DNA of 64,000 bases, taken from Candidatus Eiseniibacteriota bacterium. GTDB taxonomy: Bacteria > Eisenbacteria > RBG-16-71-46 > CAZAMP01. Positions 53,912 to 64,000 of the stretch are shown here, in pieces. Where the stretch lies: the NCBI GenBank assembly GCA_965224245.1, contig OZ245046.1, positions 640,001 through 704,000 of the forward strand, in the 5' to 3' direction. Position 1 is the stretch's first letter. Each line of letters opens with the position of its first letter. The notes below the pieces were generated by a model. It ran no database searches. It was not told the DNA's origin and was given only the letters and a program-made list of their open reading frames with translations. The translations under genes and the position numbers were made by a program.

Positions 53912-56158
53912 TCAGCGGCGAACGACGAGCTTCTCGGCGCGCGTGGCCGTTCCCGACTCGAGTCGGTAGAAGTAGACGCCGTCGGTGATCGGACGCCCGT
54001 CGGAGCCCCGACCATCCCAGCGCACGACGTGCGATCCGGCCCGGAGAGACCCGTCCACGAGCACCCGGACCTCGCGGCCCCGCACGTCGAACAGTGCGAG
54101 GCGAATCCGCCCGGGCGCCGGCAACACGAAGTGAATCTGACCGCCGGCCGCGGTCGGATTCGGCGCGACGCGGAGCGAGACCGACGCGAGCTCCGTCCCG
54201 CTCTCCACCCCGATCGTACCGTCGCCGGTGCGGAACTCCCACGACCCGACCGTCGCGAGCAGCTGTCCGTCGACGTCCCGGGCGGCTCGGTCGACGGTGA
54301 CCGCGTACCACGTGAACGGTGCCAGCGGCTCGACGGGCTCCAGCCGCAGTCGCGTGTCGCCATCGAGCCAGCTCACGACGGGGTCGCCGTCGAGCGCCGG
54401 GGCGACGCTGACCGCGGCGAGCGTGGCCGCTCGCTGCATCGGCTGGCTGAACGCGAGCTCGATGACCGCATCGAGCGGCACGTCCTCACCGGCGGGCGAC
54501 CCCTCCACGACCAGCGGATGTCCGGAGATCTCCACCGCATCGCGCCAGATCAGATCGACGAGCGCGTCCCGATCGGCGCCGTACCCACCCCACTGGTAGA
54601 ACGCGTAGGACACCGTGTTTCCCGGGGCCACGATGCCGAAGCGCTTCTCGAAGAAGAGGTTCTCCATGTTCGAGCACGTGCCGCCCGGGGCGATCGGATA
54701 CTCGCCGATCGTGCCCCCGAGCGCCGGCTGGCAGAGGAAGTACGCGGCATCGGGCATCGCGTCCGCGTCCCAGTCATCGGCGATGACGCCGATCGCGTAG
54801 TGAGAGCCACGATCGAACGCCGCCACCCAGTTGCCGTCGACGACGTCGGATGAGAATCCGTGCTCCCCGCCCCATGCCGCGGCATCGTTGGGGAGGAGTC
54901 CTCGGTCGTCGTCCTCCCGATCGCTGCTCCCATCGTCGCCGTACAGCCACTGCTCGCGTCCCCACACGAGATCGAGGTCGTGGGCGACGTCGTCGACGTT
55001 GGTCACGTCGTAACGATGGTGGAGGGACCGGCTCTCGCGGCCGAACGTGACCGTCTTGATCACCTCGAGCACGTTTCGGAGCCCGTAGACCCCGCCGGAC
55101 GGAATGGTGAACGTCATCGATGCGAGGGTCGCGTCGGTCAGCCAGTCGAGCGAGGATCCGGTCCACTTGATGTTGCTGGGATAGGTGCCGGTGCCGTCGT
55201 CGAACGGCGTGTCGTCGACGTGGACGGCCACTCGCTCCATGCAATCGACCGTGTGGGACTCCCCGTCGGCGAGGTCGGTGACCTGGAGGTCGACGACGCA
55301 TCCGGGCCCGTGGGGCGCGGAGAAGTCCTCGCCCAGGATGCCGGTGTGCACGTATCGGTTCCACACGACGTAGCCGTTGCGGAAGTCGCGGCGCGCGATG
55401 TCGGCCGTGTCGTAGCGATCGATCAGCGTGGCACAGAGATCGGACGGGGCATCGAACGTCACCGTGACGCGCCGGACGCTGGCCGATGCGAGGTCGAGCG
55501 TGAACGAGACGACGTTGCCGGGATCGAGCGTCACGTCCGAGACGCCGTCACCGGACACCACGAGGTTCGACACGGCGTTCGCGACCGGGAGGATCGGCAG
55601 CCGAACGCGGCCCGCGCTCTCCACGGAGCTTCGTACGAACGCGAAGTCGCGGATCTCGTGGTGCCAGGTTCCGTCCCCGTTCGGTGTGGCCACGAAGTCG
55701 GCGTACTCGTCCAGCACGTCCGCGAGGTGTGCGGTGGTCAGCCCCGACCAGCGGCGCACGGCGAACGTGGTCAGCGACGGCGACGCGTCCGAGGCGGTCT
55801 CGCCCCGCCGGTGTGCCGTCGCCGTGAGGGACCAGGATCCCGTCGGGCGCGCCTCGCCACGATGACCGTCCACCCGGAAGAGACCGGTGTAGCGGCCGTC
55901 GCCGGCGACGGCGTCGGGGGCGGTGCCGTCGTCGCGGAGGTGGGGGCGAACGGCGGGGTTCAACGGGGAGGAGGCCACGACCGAGTCACAGTCCGCGACC
56001 GGCATGCCGCTCTGGGTCACGTCGGCCGTCACGGCCACCTCGCCGAACCAGGACGTGCGGGATCGATCGAGCGTCGTGACGACCTCGAGGGCGGTGGCCA
56101 GTCCGGGCATCAGGGTGAGCACGATCGAGACGACGGCGGAACGGTGGTGGGCTTCCAC
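53912..56158 (-). CDS. Secreted protein: choice-of-anchor X-like motif, unknown domain, Big_5 Ig, FlgD CTD
   Basis: LRDDG..PDAVAGDGRY motif; SP.G.DVP.D..I..FSQPM (Big_5); PNP..WDGR..GVYFYR. Confidence 0.78.
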   Translation of the reverse strand: MEAHHRSAVVSIVLTLMPGLATALEVVTTLDRSRTSWFGEVAVTADVTQSGMPVADCDSVVASSPLNPAVRPHLRDDGTAPDAVAGDGRYTGLFRVDGHRGEARPTGSWSLTATAHRRGETASDASPSLTTFAVRRWSGLTTAHLADVLDEYADFVATPNGDGTWHHEIRDFAFVRSSVESAGRVRLPILPVANAVSNLVVSGDGVSDVTLDPGNVVSFTLDLASASVRRVTVTFDAPSDLCATLIDRYDTADIARRDFRNGYVVWNRYVHTGILGEDFSAPHGPGCVVDLQVTDLADGESHTVDCMERVAVHVDDTPFDDGTGTYPSNIKWTGSSLDWLTDATLASMTFTIPSGGVYGLRNVLEVIKTVTFGRESRSLHHRYDVTNVDDVAHDLDLVWGREQWLYGDDGSSDREDDDRGLLPNDAAAWGGEHGFSSDVVDGNWVAAFDRGSHYAIGVIADDWDADAMPDAAYFLCQPALGGTIGEYPIAPGGTCSNMENLFFEKRFGIVAPGNTVSYAFYQWGGYGADRDALVDLIWRDAVEISGHPLVVEGSPAGEDVPLDAVIELAFSQPMQRAATLAAVSVAPALDGDPVVSWLDGDTRLRLEPVEPLAPFTWYAVTVDRAARDVDGQLLATVGSWEFRTGDGTIGVESGTELASVSLRVAPNPTAAGGQIHFVLPAPGRIRLALFDVRGREVRVLVDGSLRAGSHVVRWDGRGSDGRPITDGVYFYRLESGTATRAEKLVVRR

Positions 56159-56478
56159 GAGTTATCCCCCCGGCGCTCGTGTGGCAGCTCCCGTCGAGAC
56201 GACGAGTCTAGCATCCAGGCGACGGTCGATTCGAGCCGAGTCGCAGCCCGGGCCGCCCATCGGGGCTCGATGACTCCGGACCACTGGCTGATCGCCATCG
56301 CCGATCGAACTCGTCCGAAGCGAGTCGACGCTCGACCGACGCTAGAACGCTCGGCGGCAACAGGTAATACGTAGGACCCGAAGCCGCGGCCGGCGGCGGC
56401 GATCGCCGGAGAGCCGTCGGGAGGATCCGTCGAACGCCCTCCGGGATGGGGCACCGCCGGCGGGCCGGGATGGAGCGA

Positions 56479-56505
56479 CGCGGGCGGACGACGTGTCCGC
56501 CCGCG
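56479..56505. terminator. GC-rich hairpin downstream of the 56516 gene
   Basis: 11-bp stem CGCGGGCGGAC/GTCCGCCCGCG with a 5-nt loop; no U-tract. Confidence 0.5.
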
Positions 56506-56515
56506 CCCGCGGGGT

Positions 56516-59161
56516 CTACTTCGTGAGGATCATCTTCCGGGTCTCGGCCGAGGCTCCGGCACGCAGCGTGTAGAAGTAGACGCCGGACGCGACCGGGTGG
56601 CCGTCGTTTCCGAGACCGTCCCACACGACCGTGTGCGGACCGCCATCGGCCCACGACTGGAAGTCGCGCACCTCACGCCCTGATCCGTCGAAGATCGCCA
56701 GCCGGAACGCGCCGGCCGTCGGAAGCGTGAAGCCGATCGTGGTGGTGGGGTTGAACGGGTTCGGTCGGTTCTGGGCCAGCGAGAACACAGCGGCCCCGGG
56801 GGCCTCGGTCCGGTACGCGATGTCGTCCCACATGTCGCGAATCACGCCCGCGGCGACCAGCGTCGCCTCGTTGAGGGCCTCGGCGATGTCCTTGGCCGTC
56901 GCGTAGTCCGCGTCGGTCGAGCCCGGATCGTTGATCAGATCCGCGACGTCCTGGAGCGCCTGGCTCACCGTGAACGGCGGAACATCCTCCGATGCAGCGT
57001 CGAAGGAGAGGATCTTCCCCGACGCCACGTTCAGGAGAAGCGCCAGGTAGTGCTGCTTGGCACGGTCCAGCATGTCGTGGCTGTTGCGTGCGGTGAGCGT
57101 GGATCGGATCGTCTCCAGATCGAGCGGCACGTCTCCGCCGTCCACCATGAACGTCACGCCCTCGACCGCGATCGCGCTCAGCTCGTTGTCGTAGAAGTGG
57201 CTGTACAGAGCCTCCGGATACGTCGTGCGCATGTCGGTCTCGCTCTCCTGAGCATTGCCGCGGCCGAGCACGTAGACGTTGGCCTGGTGCTTCCAGTAGC
57301 CCATGCTGCGGGCCACCCCGGTCGGGGCCAGGCAGCCGAGGGCGAAGTCGGCGACCTGATCGCTCGTCACCGTGAGCGCGATGTGCGCATCGGTGGGAGA
57401 GATCGCGTGGAAGCCGAGGGGCAGGACACACGTGATCTCGATGTCCGTCTCGTACCGGATGTCGTCGAACGCGTAGTGGCCGTCCGCGTCGGTGGTCGTC
57501 GTCGTGTACTCGCCTCCGGCGTCGAGGCCGATCGTGACGCCGGCGACCGAGGCTCCACAGTCGTTCGACACCGTGCCCGAGACGTCGAACACGCAGCCGA
57601 TCGCGAAGTCGACGACGACGTCGTCGGTGACCTCGTACAGCGAGAGCGTGCCCGTGGTCGGGGTGTCCGCCACGAAGCCGTCGGGAAGGACGACGCTGAC
57701 GTCGTAGTCGACGGAGCCCGGGAGCGCGATGAACGCGTACGCGCCGTTCGCGTCGGTCGACGTCGAGTACATGCCGCCGTCCGAGCCCGCCACCTCGATC
57801 GTGATGCCGCTCTCGGCGCCTCCGCAGTCCGACGTCACCGTCCCCGTGATGTCGATCACGGCCCATCCGCTCTCGAGCGCGTACGGCAGGCCGTCGGCCT
57901 GGCCGCAGCCGATGGAGTACGGAACGTCGACGAAGCCGTCGAGGTCCGCATCGGGACCGGTCCACCCGGTCCAGTAGTTGCCGCCCACCGGGGCGGGCAG
58001 GTGCAGGATCGCCGTGTTCGAGCCGCAGATCACCGTGGGGGCGGCGCCGACGTCGGACACGAAGTCGTTGTTGTAGATCTCGTGCTGGTTGTTCGAGCGA
58101 AGCTGGATCGCGCTCGTGGTGTGTGAGCGGAAGCGGTTCTCGGTGACGATGTACTTCGCGAGATCGATGATGGAGATCGGGAGACCGTTCACGTTCACAC
58201 GGTTGTCGTTGATCGTGACCACGCCTGAGCACAGGCTGTGGACGATGCCGAGTCCGCCGGTGATGTCGTTCCCGAGGATCTGTCCGCTCCCGCAGTTGAT
58301 CGAGAACACTCCGTCGCCGTTCGCAGAGAGCGTGTTGTCCTGGACGAGCACGTTGTTGGAGCCGATGAAGCGGATGGCGTCGAAGAGGCCGCCGGTGACG
58401 GTCGACGACGTCACCTGCATCGCATGTGCCCCGTTGCCGTAGACCCCGTAGCGCGGGCTCGTGACGGCGCTGGTCTCGACCGAGTGCCCGGTGCCGCCGA
58501 ACGCGTAGACGCCGTACTGGCCCCCGGTGACGTCCGCGTTTCGGATGGTCACGTTCTGGCTGCCGACGATGTACACGCCGTAGGTGGCTCCGGTGACGAT
58601 CTGAAAGCCGCCGCCGTCCAGCGTGATGCCGTTGCCCATGATCTGGACGGTCTCGAACACGTCCTCGGTCAGGACGGCCGTCTTCGTCACGGAGTCCCAG
58701 GTCCCCGGCACGTGCGTTCCCTGCGGCGTCCAGCCGGAGTCGCCGAGGTACCACGTGGACTGGTCGGGCTTGATCAGGATCGAGTGGGGTGCGGTCAGGT
58801 CCTGCACCCAGGTGAGGGATCCGGTCTCGTCGACCACGACCTCCAGCACGTTGCGGAGATCGTCTTCCGATCGGTACAGCGACGCGCCCGCGGGCAGGCC
58901 CGTGACCGTGATCTGAGTGGACGCGACCTCCGTGCTCGCGTCCACCGCCAGCTCGAGCGCGTCGGACGCCAGCGCCTGGATGGCGGCCTGGATGGGGTCG
59001 GTCGTGGTGATCGTGAACGATGCATCATCGAGCGAGACGGTGAATTGCGTGTCGTTGCCGTAGGACGAGCCGGGCGCCATCGGCGGCTCGGTCTGGGCGT
59101 TCGCGCTCGCCGCGGTCAGGACGAGACAGAGCACGCACGACAGGTGGGCGACACGAGACAT
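56516..59161 (-). CDS. Secreted parallel beta-helix (NosD/CASH-like) protein with SdrD-B-like Ig domains and FlgD CTD
   Basis: GGAGG RBS, signal peptide, GITLDG, PbH1 repeats, GGNYW, two TD..G.Y.F domains, QNRPNPFNP..GVYFY CTD. Confidence 0.85.
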   Translation of the reverse strand: MSRVAHLSCVLCLVLTAASANAQTEPPMAPGSSYGNDTQFTVSLDDASFTITTTDPIQAAIQALASDALELAVDASTEVASTQITVTGLPAGASLYRSEDDLRNVLEVVVDETGSLTWVQDLTAPHSILIKPDQSTWYLGDSGWTPQGTHVPGTWDSVTKTAVLTEDVFETVQIMGNGITLDGGGFQIVTGATYGVYIVGSQNVTIRNADVTGGQYGVYAFGGTGHSVETSAVTSPRYGVYGNGAHAMQVTSSTVTGGLFDAIRFIGSNNVLVQDNTLSANGDGVFSINCGSGQILGNDITGGLGIVHSLCSGVVTINDNRVNVNGLPISIIDLAKYIVTENRFRSHTTSAIQLRSNNQHEIYNNDFVSDVGAAPTVICGSNTAILHLPAPVGGNYWTGWTGPDADLDGFVDVPYSIGCGQADGLPYALESGWAVIDITGTVTSDCGGAESGITIEVAGSDGGMYSTSTDANGAYAFIALPGSVDYDVSVVLPDGFVADTPTTGTLSLYEVTDDVVVDFAIGCVFDVSGTVSNDCGASVAGVTIGLDAGGEYTTTTTDADGHYAFDDIRYETDIEITCVLPLGFHAISPTDAHIALTVTSDQVADFALGCLAPTGVARSMGYWKHQANVYVLGRGNAQESETDMRTTYPEALYSHFYDNELSAIAVEGVTFMVDGGDVPLDLETIRSTLTARNSHDMLDRAKQHYLALLLNVASGKILSFDAASEDVPPFTVSQALQDVADLINDPGSTDADYATAKDIAEALNEATLVAAGVIRDMWDDIAYRTEAPGAAVFSLAQNRPNPFNPTTTIGFTLPTAGAFRLAIFDGSGREVRDFQSWADGGPHTVVWDGLGNDGHPVASGVYFYTLRAGASAETRKMILTK

Positions 59162-59674
59162 GGTGATTCCTCCCCCGAATTGGAACGGACGGATGACTCG
59201 TCACCGAATCATCCGGTAGAACGTCGCATGAACCCCGGTCCCGACGACGGCGCGTGCCGCACGCGCGGACGTGGGAGACCGACGTGAGTCAGATGACTCG
59301 AACCACTAACATCTTCGTTCGAACTCGGAGGCGGCGAGCGGCCGTCGCGACCGGCCCACCCGAATCCGATTCAACGCGTCGAGAACGACCTCAGCATCGC
59401 ACCGAACGGCACTTCGATGCAAATCGCGCGGACACCGGCATGGCCGGCGGGTGCCGTCCGGAGGGGGGGCAGGTCTCGGCGCGACACGTTGCGCGACCCG
59501 CGGTGGCGTGACCCAGGTGGGAGGGTCCCGGCGCGACACGAAGCGCGGCCCGGAGAGGCGTGCCCCCGGTACGGGACTCCCGCTATCGCGGTGTCGGGAT
59601 CGATGCGCTACGCTGTCCGGTCGTCGAAAGGGGGCCCGGTCCGGAGCCGAGCCCGTCGTCCGCGTGGGGGAGTC

Positions 59675-60754
59675 GTGCGCCGCATCCTCAACAGTCACAA
59701 CACGATGACGATCGTCTACGGGTTCGTGGTGACCCTGATCCTGGCCATCGGCTGCTGGTGGATGATCTTCGTCGCGCAGGAGGGTCGCCGGCACGTCGCT
59801 TACGAGCGACATCGACTCGAGTCCGAGCTGGCCCAGGCCACGCTCGCGCTGGACGCCCACCGGGGGGGCACGCTCCCGGTCGATGCCCTCTCCCGCGAGT
59901 TCCCCAACGTCGACTGGTCGGATCCCTCGGCGCTCCGCATCACCGGGCACGCGCTCGAGGACGTCCGGCGGGAGGCCGCTCGCCGGACGCGGATGTTCGT
60001 CTCCGAGGGTATCACGCTGGCCCTGCTCCTCCTGGGCGGGACGTCGATCCTCGCCGTGGCGCACCGGGCCGAGCGGCGATACCGTGCCGCACGGGAGGTC
60101 TTCCTGGAGGAGACCACGCACGATCTGCGCACCCCGCTGGCCAGCCTGCAGCTGTCGCTCGACACGCTGGACCGCACCGATCTCGCACCGTCGCAACGGG
60201 CGCAGGTTCGCGAGCGCATGAAGGCCGACACGCACCGGCTGCACCTGATGGTCGAGCAGATGCTCTCGGCCGGAGGAGGTGTGGACGAAGGCGAGCCGCT
60301 GGAGCTGCTCGATCTCGCGGACGCCGCGCGGGGTGTCGTGGGTGAGTTCGCCGGGCTCGTCGCCGAGACGCACACCACGCTCGAGCTCGAGCTGCCGCCG
60401 GGCTGCATCGTGCGCGGCCGGCGCGTCATGCTCACCGCCGCCGTTCGCAACCTCGTCGACAACGCCGTGAAGTACGCCGGCGAGAACGGTATCGTGCGCG
60501 TGCGCCTGGAGGCCGGCCACGACCTGCATCGACTGGCGGTCGAGGACACCGGGCCGGGCATCCCGCCCGATCAGCACGCCGCCGTGTTCCGCCGCTTCGT
60601 GCGCAATCACACGGGCGGCGAAGCGCGGGGGTCGGGTCTGGGGCTGTACCTGGCCCGGCGCAACGTCGAGTCCATGGGCGGACGCATCGATCTGCACTCC
60701 GACGTCGGACGCGGGGCCCGCTTCGAGATCGTTCTCCCGGCGGCGGCGACATGA
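59675..60754 (+). CDS. Membrane sensor histidine kinase
   Basis: Two TM helices, THDLRTPL, NLVDNAVKY, DTGPGI, GSGLGL; start at GTG 59675 or ATG 59705. Confidence 0.92.
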   Translation: MRRILNSHNTMTIVYGFVVTLILAIGCWWMIFVAQEGRRHVAYERHRLESELAQATLALDAHRGGTLPVDALSREFPNVDWSDPSALRITGHALEDVRREAARRTRMFVSEGITLALLLLGGTSILAVAHRAERRYRAAREVFLEETTHDLRTPLASLQLSLDTLDRTDLAPSQRAQVRERMKADTHRLHLMVEQMLSAGGGVDEGEPLELLDLADAARGVVGEFAGLVAETHTTLELELPPGCIVRGRRVMLTAAVRNLVDNAVKYAGENGIVRVRLEAGHDLHRLAVEDTGPGIPPDQHAAVFRRFVRNHTGGEARGSGLGLYLARRNVESMGGRIDLHSDVGRGARFEIVLPAAAT

Positions 60755-61455
60755 CGCCACGCATCCTGCTCGTCGAGGACGATCAGAGCCTCGCCGCCGG
60801 CATCAAGCTGAACCTCGAGCTCGAGGGATACGAGGTTCGCCACGCGGACTCGGCCGAGGCGGCCATCGACATGCAGCGAGCAGCGCCCGCCGACTGCCTG
60901 ATCCTCGACGTCGCACTGCCGGGAGAGGACGGCTTCGCGCTCTGCGATCGAATTCGCCAGTCCGGTGACTACACCCCGATCCTCTTCCTGACCGCGAAGG
61001 GCCGCTTCGAGGATCGCATGCGCGGGCTGGAGGCCGGCGGCGACGACTACCTGACCAAGCCGTTTCAGCTCGTGGAGCTGTTGACTCGCGTCAAGGTGCT
61101 GCTACGCCGGCAAGGATGGGCGCGCGCCGACGCGGACGCGTCGGGGATCGCGATCGGCGAGAACGTCGTCGATCTCGAGCGACTGGAGATCCGGGGACCG
61201 GACGGAGCCCACCGACTCCGGCCCAAGGAGGCGTTGATCCTGCGGCTCCTCGTCGAGGCCAGGGGTAAGCCGGTCTCCCGGGCGACGATCCTCGATCAGG
61301 TGTGGGGCGAGAAGGCGTACCCGTCGACGCGCACGGTGGACAACTTCATCGTGTCGCTCCGCAAGAGCCTCGAGCCCGATCCGCACGATCCGCGGTACAT
61401 CGTGTCGGTGCACGGCGTGGGCTATCGGCTCGACGTCGACTTCAGCGCCCGGTAG
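60751..61455 (+). CDS. OmpR-family response regulator
   Basis: LLVEDD, ILDV.LP, FLTA, KPF, winged helix (RTVDNFI..LRK, GVGY). Confidence 0.95.
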   Translation: MTPRILLVEDDQSLAAGIKLNLELEGYEVRHADSAEAAIDMQRAAPADCLILDVALPGEDGFALCDRIRQSGDYTPILFLTAKGRFEDRMRGLEAGGDDYLTKPFQLVELLTRVKVLLRRQGWARADADASGIAIGENVVDLERLEIRGPDGAHRLRPKEALILRLLVEARGKPVSRATILDQVWGEKAYPSTRTVDNFIVSLRKSLEPDPHDPRYIVSVHGVGYRLDVDFSAR

Positions 61456-63065
61456 CGCCGGATCAGCGCGTTCGTCGAGCTGTCGTGGGCGAGCGACGGC
61501 TCGTCCGGGCGCTCCAGCTCGGTCACGATGCGCTGCGCCAGCACCTTCCCCAGCTCGACGCCCCACTGGTCGAACGAGTTGACGTCCCAGACGACCCCCT
61601 GCGTGAAGACGCTGTGCTCGTACAGGGCGACCAGCGCGCCCAGCGTGTTCGGGGTCAGGCGCTCCATCAGGAGCATGTTGGAGGGGCGGTTGCCGTCGAA
61701 CACCCGGTGCGGCACCTGGGGCTCGGGTACGCCCTCGGCCCGCACCTGGTCGGGCGTCTTGCCGAAGGCCAGGGCCTCCGCCTGGGCGAGCACGTTGGCG
61801 ATCAGGAGATCGTGATGGCGTCCACCGGGGTTCAGGGATCGTGCGAACGCGATGAAGTCGCACGGGACGAGGTGCGTCCCCTGGTGCAAGAGCTGGTAGA
61901 ACGAGTGCTGTCCGTTCGTGCCCGGCTCGCCCCACACGACCGGTCCGGTCGCGTAGTCCACCCGGGAGCCGGCGTGGGTCACGGACTTGCCGTTGCTCTC
62001 CATGGCCAGCTGCTGGAGGTAGGCGGGGAAGCGGTCCAGGTACTGATCGTACGGGAGCACCGCGACCGTCGGCGCGCCGAAGAAGTCGGTGTACCAGATC
62101 GTCAACAGGCCCATCAGGACGGGCAGGTTTTGCTCGAACGGCGCGGTCCGAAAGTGCTCGTCCATCGCGTGGAACCCGGCGAGCATCTCGCGGAACCGAT
62201 CCGCCCCGACGGCCAGCATCGTCGACAGCCCGATCGCGGAGTCCATCGAGTAGCGGCCGCCGACCCAGTCCCAGAAGCCGAACACGTTGTCGGCATCGAT
62301 CCCGAACGCGGCGACGGCGTCGGCGTTCGTGGAGACCGCCACGAAGTGCCGCGAGACGGCGCCCTCGTCGAGGTCGGTTGCCGCGAGCAGCCACTCGCGT
62401 GCCGACCGCGCGTTCGTCATGGTCTCGAGCGTCGTGAACGTCTTCGATGACACGACGAACAGCGTCTCGGCGGGATCCAGATCCGCCAGCGCCTCGGCGA
62501 GGTCGGTCCGGTCGACGTTCGACACGAACCGGAACGCGAGCCGCCGATCGGCGTAGCGCCGAAGCGCACCGGTCGCCATCACCGGTCCCAGGTCCGATCC
62601 GCCGATCCCGATGTTGACGACGTTCCGGATGCGTTTGCCGGTGTGCCCCGTCCAGCGCCCGTCGCGGACCCGATCGGTGAACGCGGCCATCCGGTCGAGC
62701 ACGGCGTGCACGTCCGGCACCACGTTCCGGCCGTCCACGACGATCGAGGCGCCCGCGGGCGCGCGCAGCGCGACGTGCAAGGCGGCACGCCCCTCGGTGG
62801 AGTTGATCTTCTCCCCGGCGAACATGGACTCGATGCGGTCACGCAGTTCGCACTGTCCGGCCAGCTCCACGAGGAGGCGCACCGTGTCGTCGGTGATCCG
62901 GTTCTTGGAGTAGTCGAGGTGAATGCCCGCCGCCTCCACCGACATGCGCGACGCGCGGTCGGGGTCCGCGGCGAACAGGTCGCGGAGATGGAGGTCCTTC
63001 GCTCGCCGGTACTCGGCCTCGAGTGAGATCCATGCGGGTCGCTGGCGAAGCGGCGAAGGCGTCAT
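61422..63065 (-). CDS. pgi: Glucose-6-phosphate isomerase
   Basis: [45 protein letters not shown]. Confidence 0.97.
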   Translation of the reverse strand: MTPSPLRQRPAWISLEAEYRRAKDLHLRDLFAADPDRASRMSVEAAGIHLDYSKNRITDDTVRLLVELAGQCELRDRIESMFAGEKINSTEGRAALHVALRAPAGASIVVDGRNVVPDVHAVLDRMAAFTDRVRDGRWTGHTGKRIRNVVNIGIGGSDLGPVMATGALRRYADRRLAFRFVSNVDRTDLAEALADLDPAETLFVVSSKTFTTLETMTNARSAREWLLAATDLDEGAVSRHFVAVSTNADAVAAFGIDADNVFGFWDWVGGRYSMDSAIGLSTMLAVGADRFREMLAGFHAMDEHFRTAPFEQNLPVLMGLLTIWYTDFFGAPTVAVLPYDQYLDRFPAYLQQLAMESNGKSVTHAGSRVDYATGPVVWGEPGTNGQHSFYQLLHQGTHLVPCDFIAFARSLNPGGRHHDLLIANVLAQAEALAFGKTPDQVRAEGVPEPQVPHRVFDGNRPSNMLLMERLTPNTLGALVALYEHSVFTQGVVWDVNSFDQWGVELGKVLAQRIVTELERPDEPSLAHDSSTNALIRRYRALKSTSSR

Positions 63066-63158
63066 CTCGTCTCTTCCTCGTGTCGTGGGTATCCGCGATG
63101 CGTCGCGCACGCCGGGGCATCACGCCGGTCGACGCGATCCTCCGGGGCGCGGACGGCG

Positions 63159-63192
63159 CTCGGCGGCGGCGTGCCGGCGCACCGCCGCCGAG
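63159..63192. terminator. GC-rich hairpin between the FmdB-like gene and pgi
   Basis: 11-bp stem CTCGGCGGCGG/CCGCCGCCGAG just after the stop at 63199. Confidence 0.45.
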
Positions 63193-63198
63193 TGTCGA

Positions 63199-63363
63199 TC
63201 AGCTCTTCTTCGACGTGTGGACCTGGATGTTGGACCAGACCCGATCCAGGTTCTTGCTCTTGCACTTCGGGCAGGCGGGCTTCGTCTTCTCGTGCTCGGA
63301 GAGCGTCTGGATCAGCTCGAACTTCTTGCGGCAATCGCGGCACACGTAAGCGTAGGTGGGCAT
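63199..63363 (-). CDS. FmdB-family zinc-ribbon protein (54 aa)
   Basis: MPTYAYVCRDC..CPKC; AGGAGG RBS; TTTCAC-N17-TACTCT at 63425-63397. Confidence 0.9.
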   Translation of the reverse strand: MPTYAYVCRDCRKKFELIQTLSEHEKTKPACPKCKSKNLDRVWSNIQVHTSKKS

Positions 63364-63443
63364 GGCACAAACCTCCTGTTCGAGACCACGCGATAGAGAG
63401 TACCCCTCCGAGGGAGCGGGTGAAAGCCGGTCCCGACGCCCGG

Positions 63444-64000
63444 TCACCGCACGTGCACGATCCGCGTTCGGAGCTCCCCGCGACCCACGAAGTACACGCC
63501 GTTGGGTACGCGAATCCCCTGGTGCAGCGAGAGGTAGCTCCAGCGGCCGCGACCGCGTCCCGGGCCCACCGGATCGATGCGGACGATCGCCACGCGCCGG
63601 CCGTCCGCCGCGTACACCGGCAGTGAGGGGGGGAGAGGTCCCGGCGTCTCCACCGACAGCGTCGTCCAGCCCGTGCCCACGGTCGGGAACGCCCGGAGCA
63701 CGCCGGCCGTTGGCGGCGGCGTCTGGGGCCGGAGGTCCCTGCGCGTCGCCCGTTCGATCAGGTTTCGCGTCACCTGCTGCACCTCGGGATCCACGGAGAG
63801 GCCCCAGCACCAGCCCGTCGTCCCGCCGCTGAACAGGATCCCGCCGGCCGGCAGCGTCGCGATCACCATGAGCGCGTTTCCGGGCTCGTCGGTGTAGTAG
63901 TTGTCGCATGCGCTGTGGCCCAGCACGTGAGCGGGAGGCGTCCGGGGATCGGACCAGGCCAGCTCGGGCACCCCATCGGTGAACGTGAGCGGGCCGCCAT
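63444..64000 (-). CDS. 3' end of a DUF6605 / N,N-dimethylformamidase-beta-like secreted protein with degenerate CTD (starts beyond the window)
   Basis: GGILFSGGTTGWCWGL..VQQVTRNLI, followed by VY..GRRV..NGVYFV..IVHVR. Confidence 0.65.
   Translation of the reverse strand, partial: GGPLTFTDGVPELAWSDPRTPPAHVLGHSACDNYYTDEPGNALMVIATLPAGGILFSGGTTGWCWGLSVDPEVQQVTRNLIERATRRDLRPQTPPPTAGVLRAFPTVGTGWTTLSVETPGPLPPSLPVYAADGRRVAIVRIDPVGPGRGRGRWSYLSLHQGIRVPNGVYFVGRGELRTRIVHVR

Noticed and set aside
59288-59312. GGTTCGAGTC tRNA T-loop-like string on the minus strand
   Set aside because: The flanking T-stem does not pair and no cloverleaf forms.

Overview
A very GC-rich (roughly 70% by eye) bacterial chromosomal segment with about 40 genes. 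I found no rRNA, tRNA, CRISPR array, transposase or phage genes. Housekeeping genes include an ABC exporter pair, trmB, a ClC channel, a yitJ-type homocysteine methyltransferase/MTHFR, DHH and Nudix hydrolases, rtcB, a two-component pair and pgi. They are interspersed with a dense surface secretome. Twelve ORFs end in a FlgD-Ig/T9SS-type C-terminal domain (CTD), one ends in a different TWxxIKxxY tail, and three encode GT-C-type membrane glycosyltransferase-TPR fusions. This content suggests an FCB-superphylum-like lineage such as Eisenbacteria, Krumholzibacteriota or Latescibacterota (inference). The most notable elements are a CTD-tagged tetraheme c-type cytochrome, a stand-alone ASK1-like DRHyd/TPR (DUF4071) conflict-type gene inside a patch of decayed genes, a 1844-aa propeller/Ig surface protein with an unusual blade repeat, a 1641-aa TPR-DUF3857-transglutaminase, and an unannotated 37-aa lipopeptide-like ORF ahead of rtcB and an amidase. 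All calls come from reading motifs by eye, and no searches were run.
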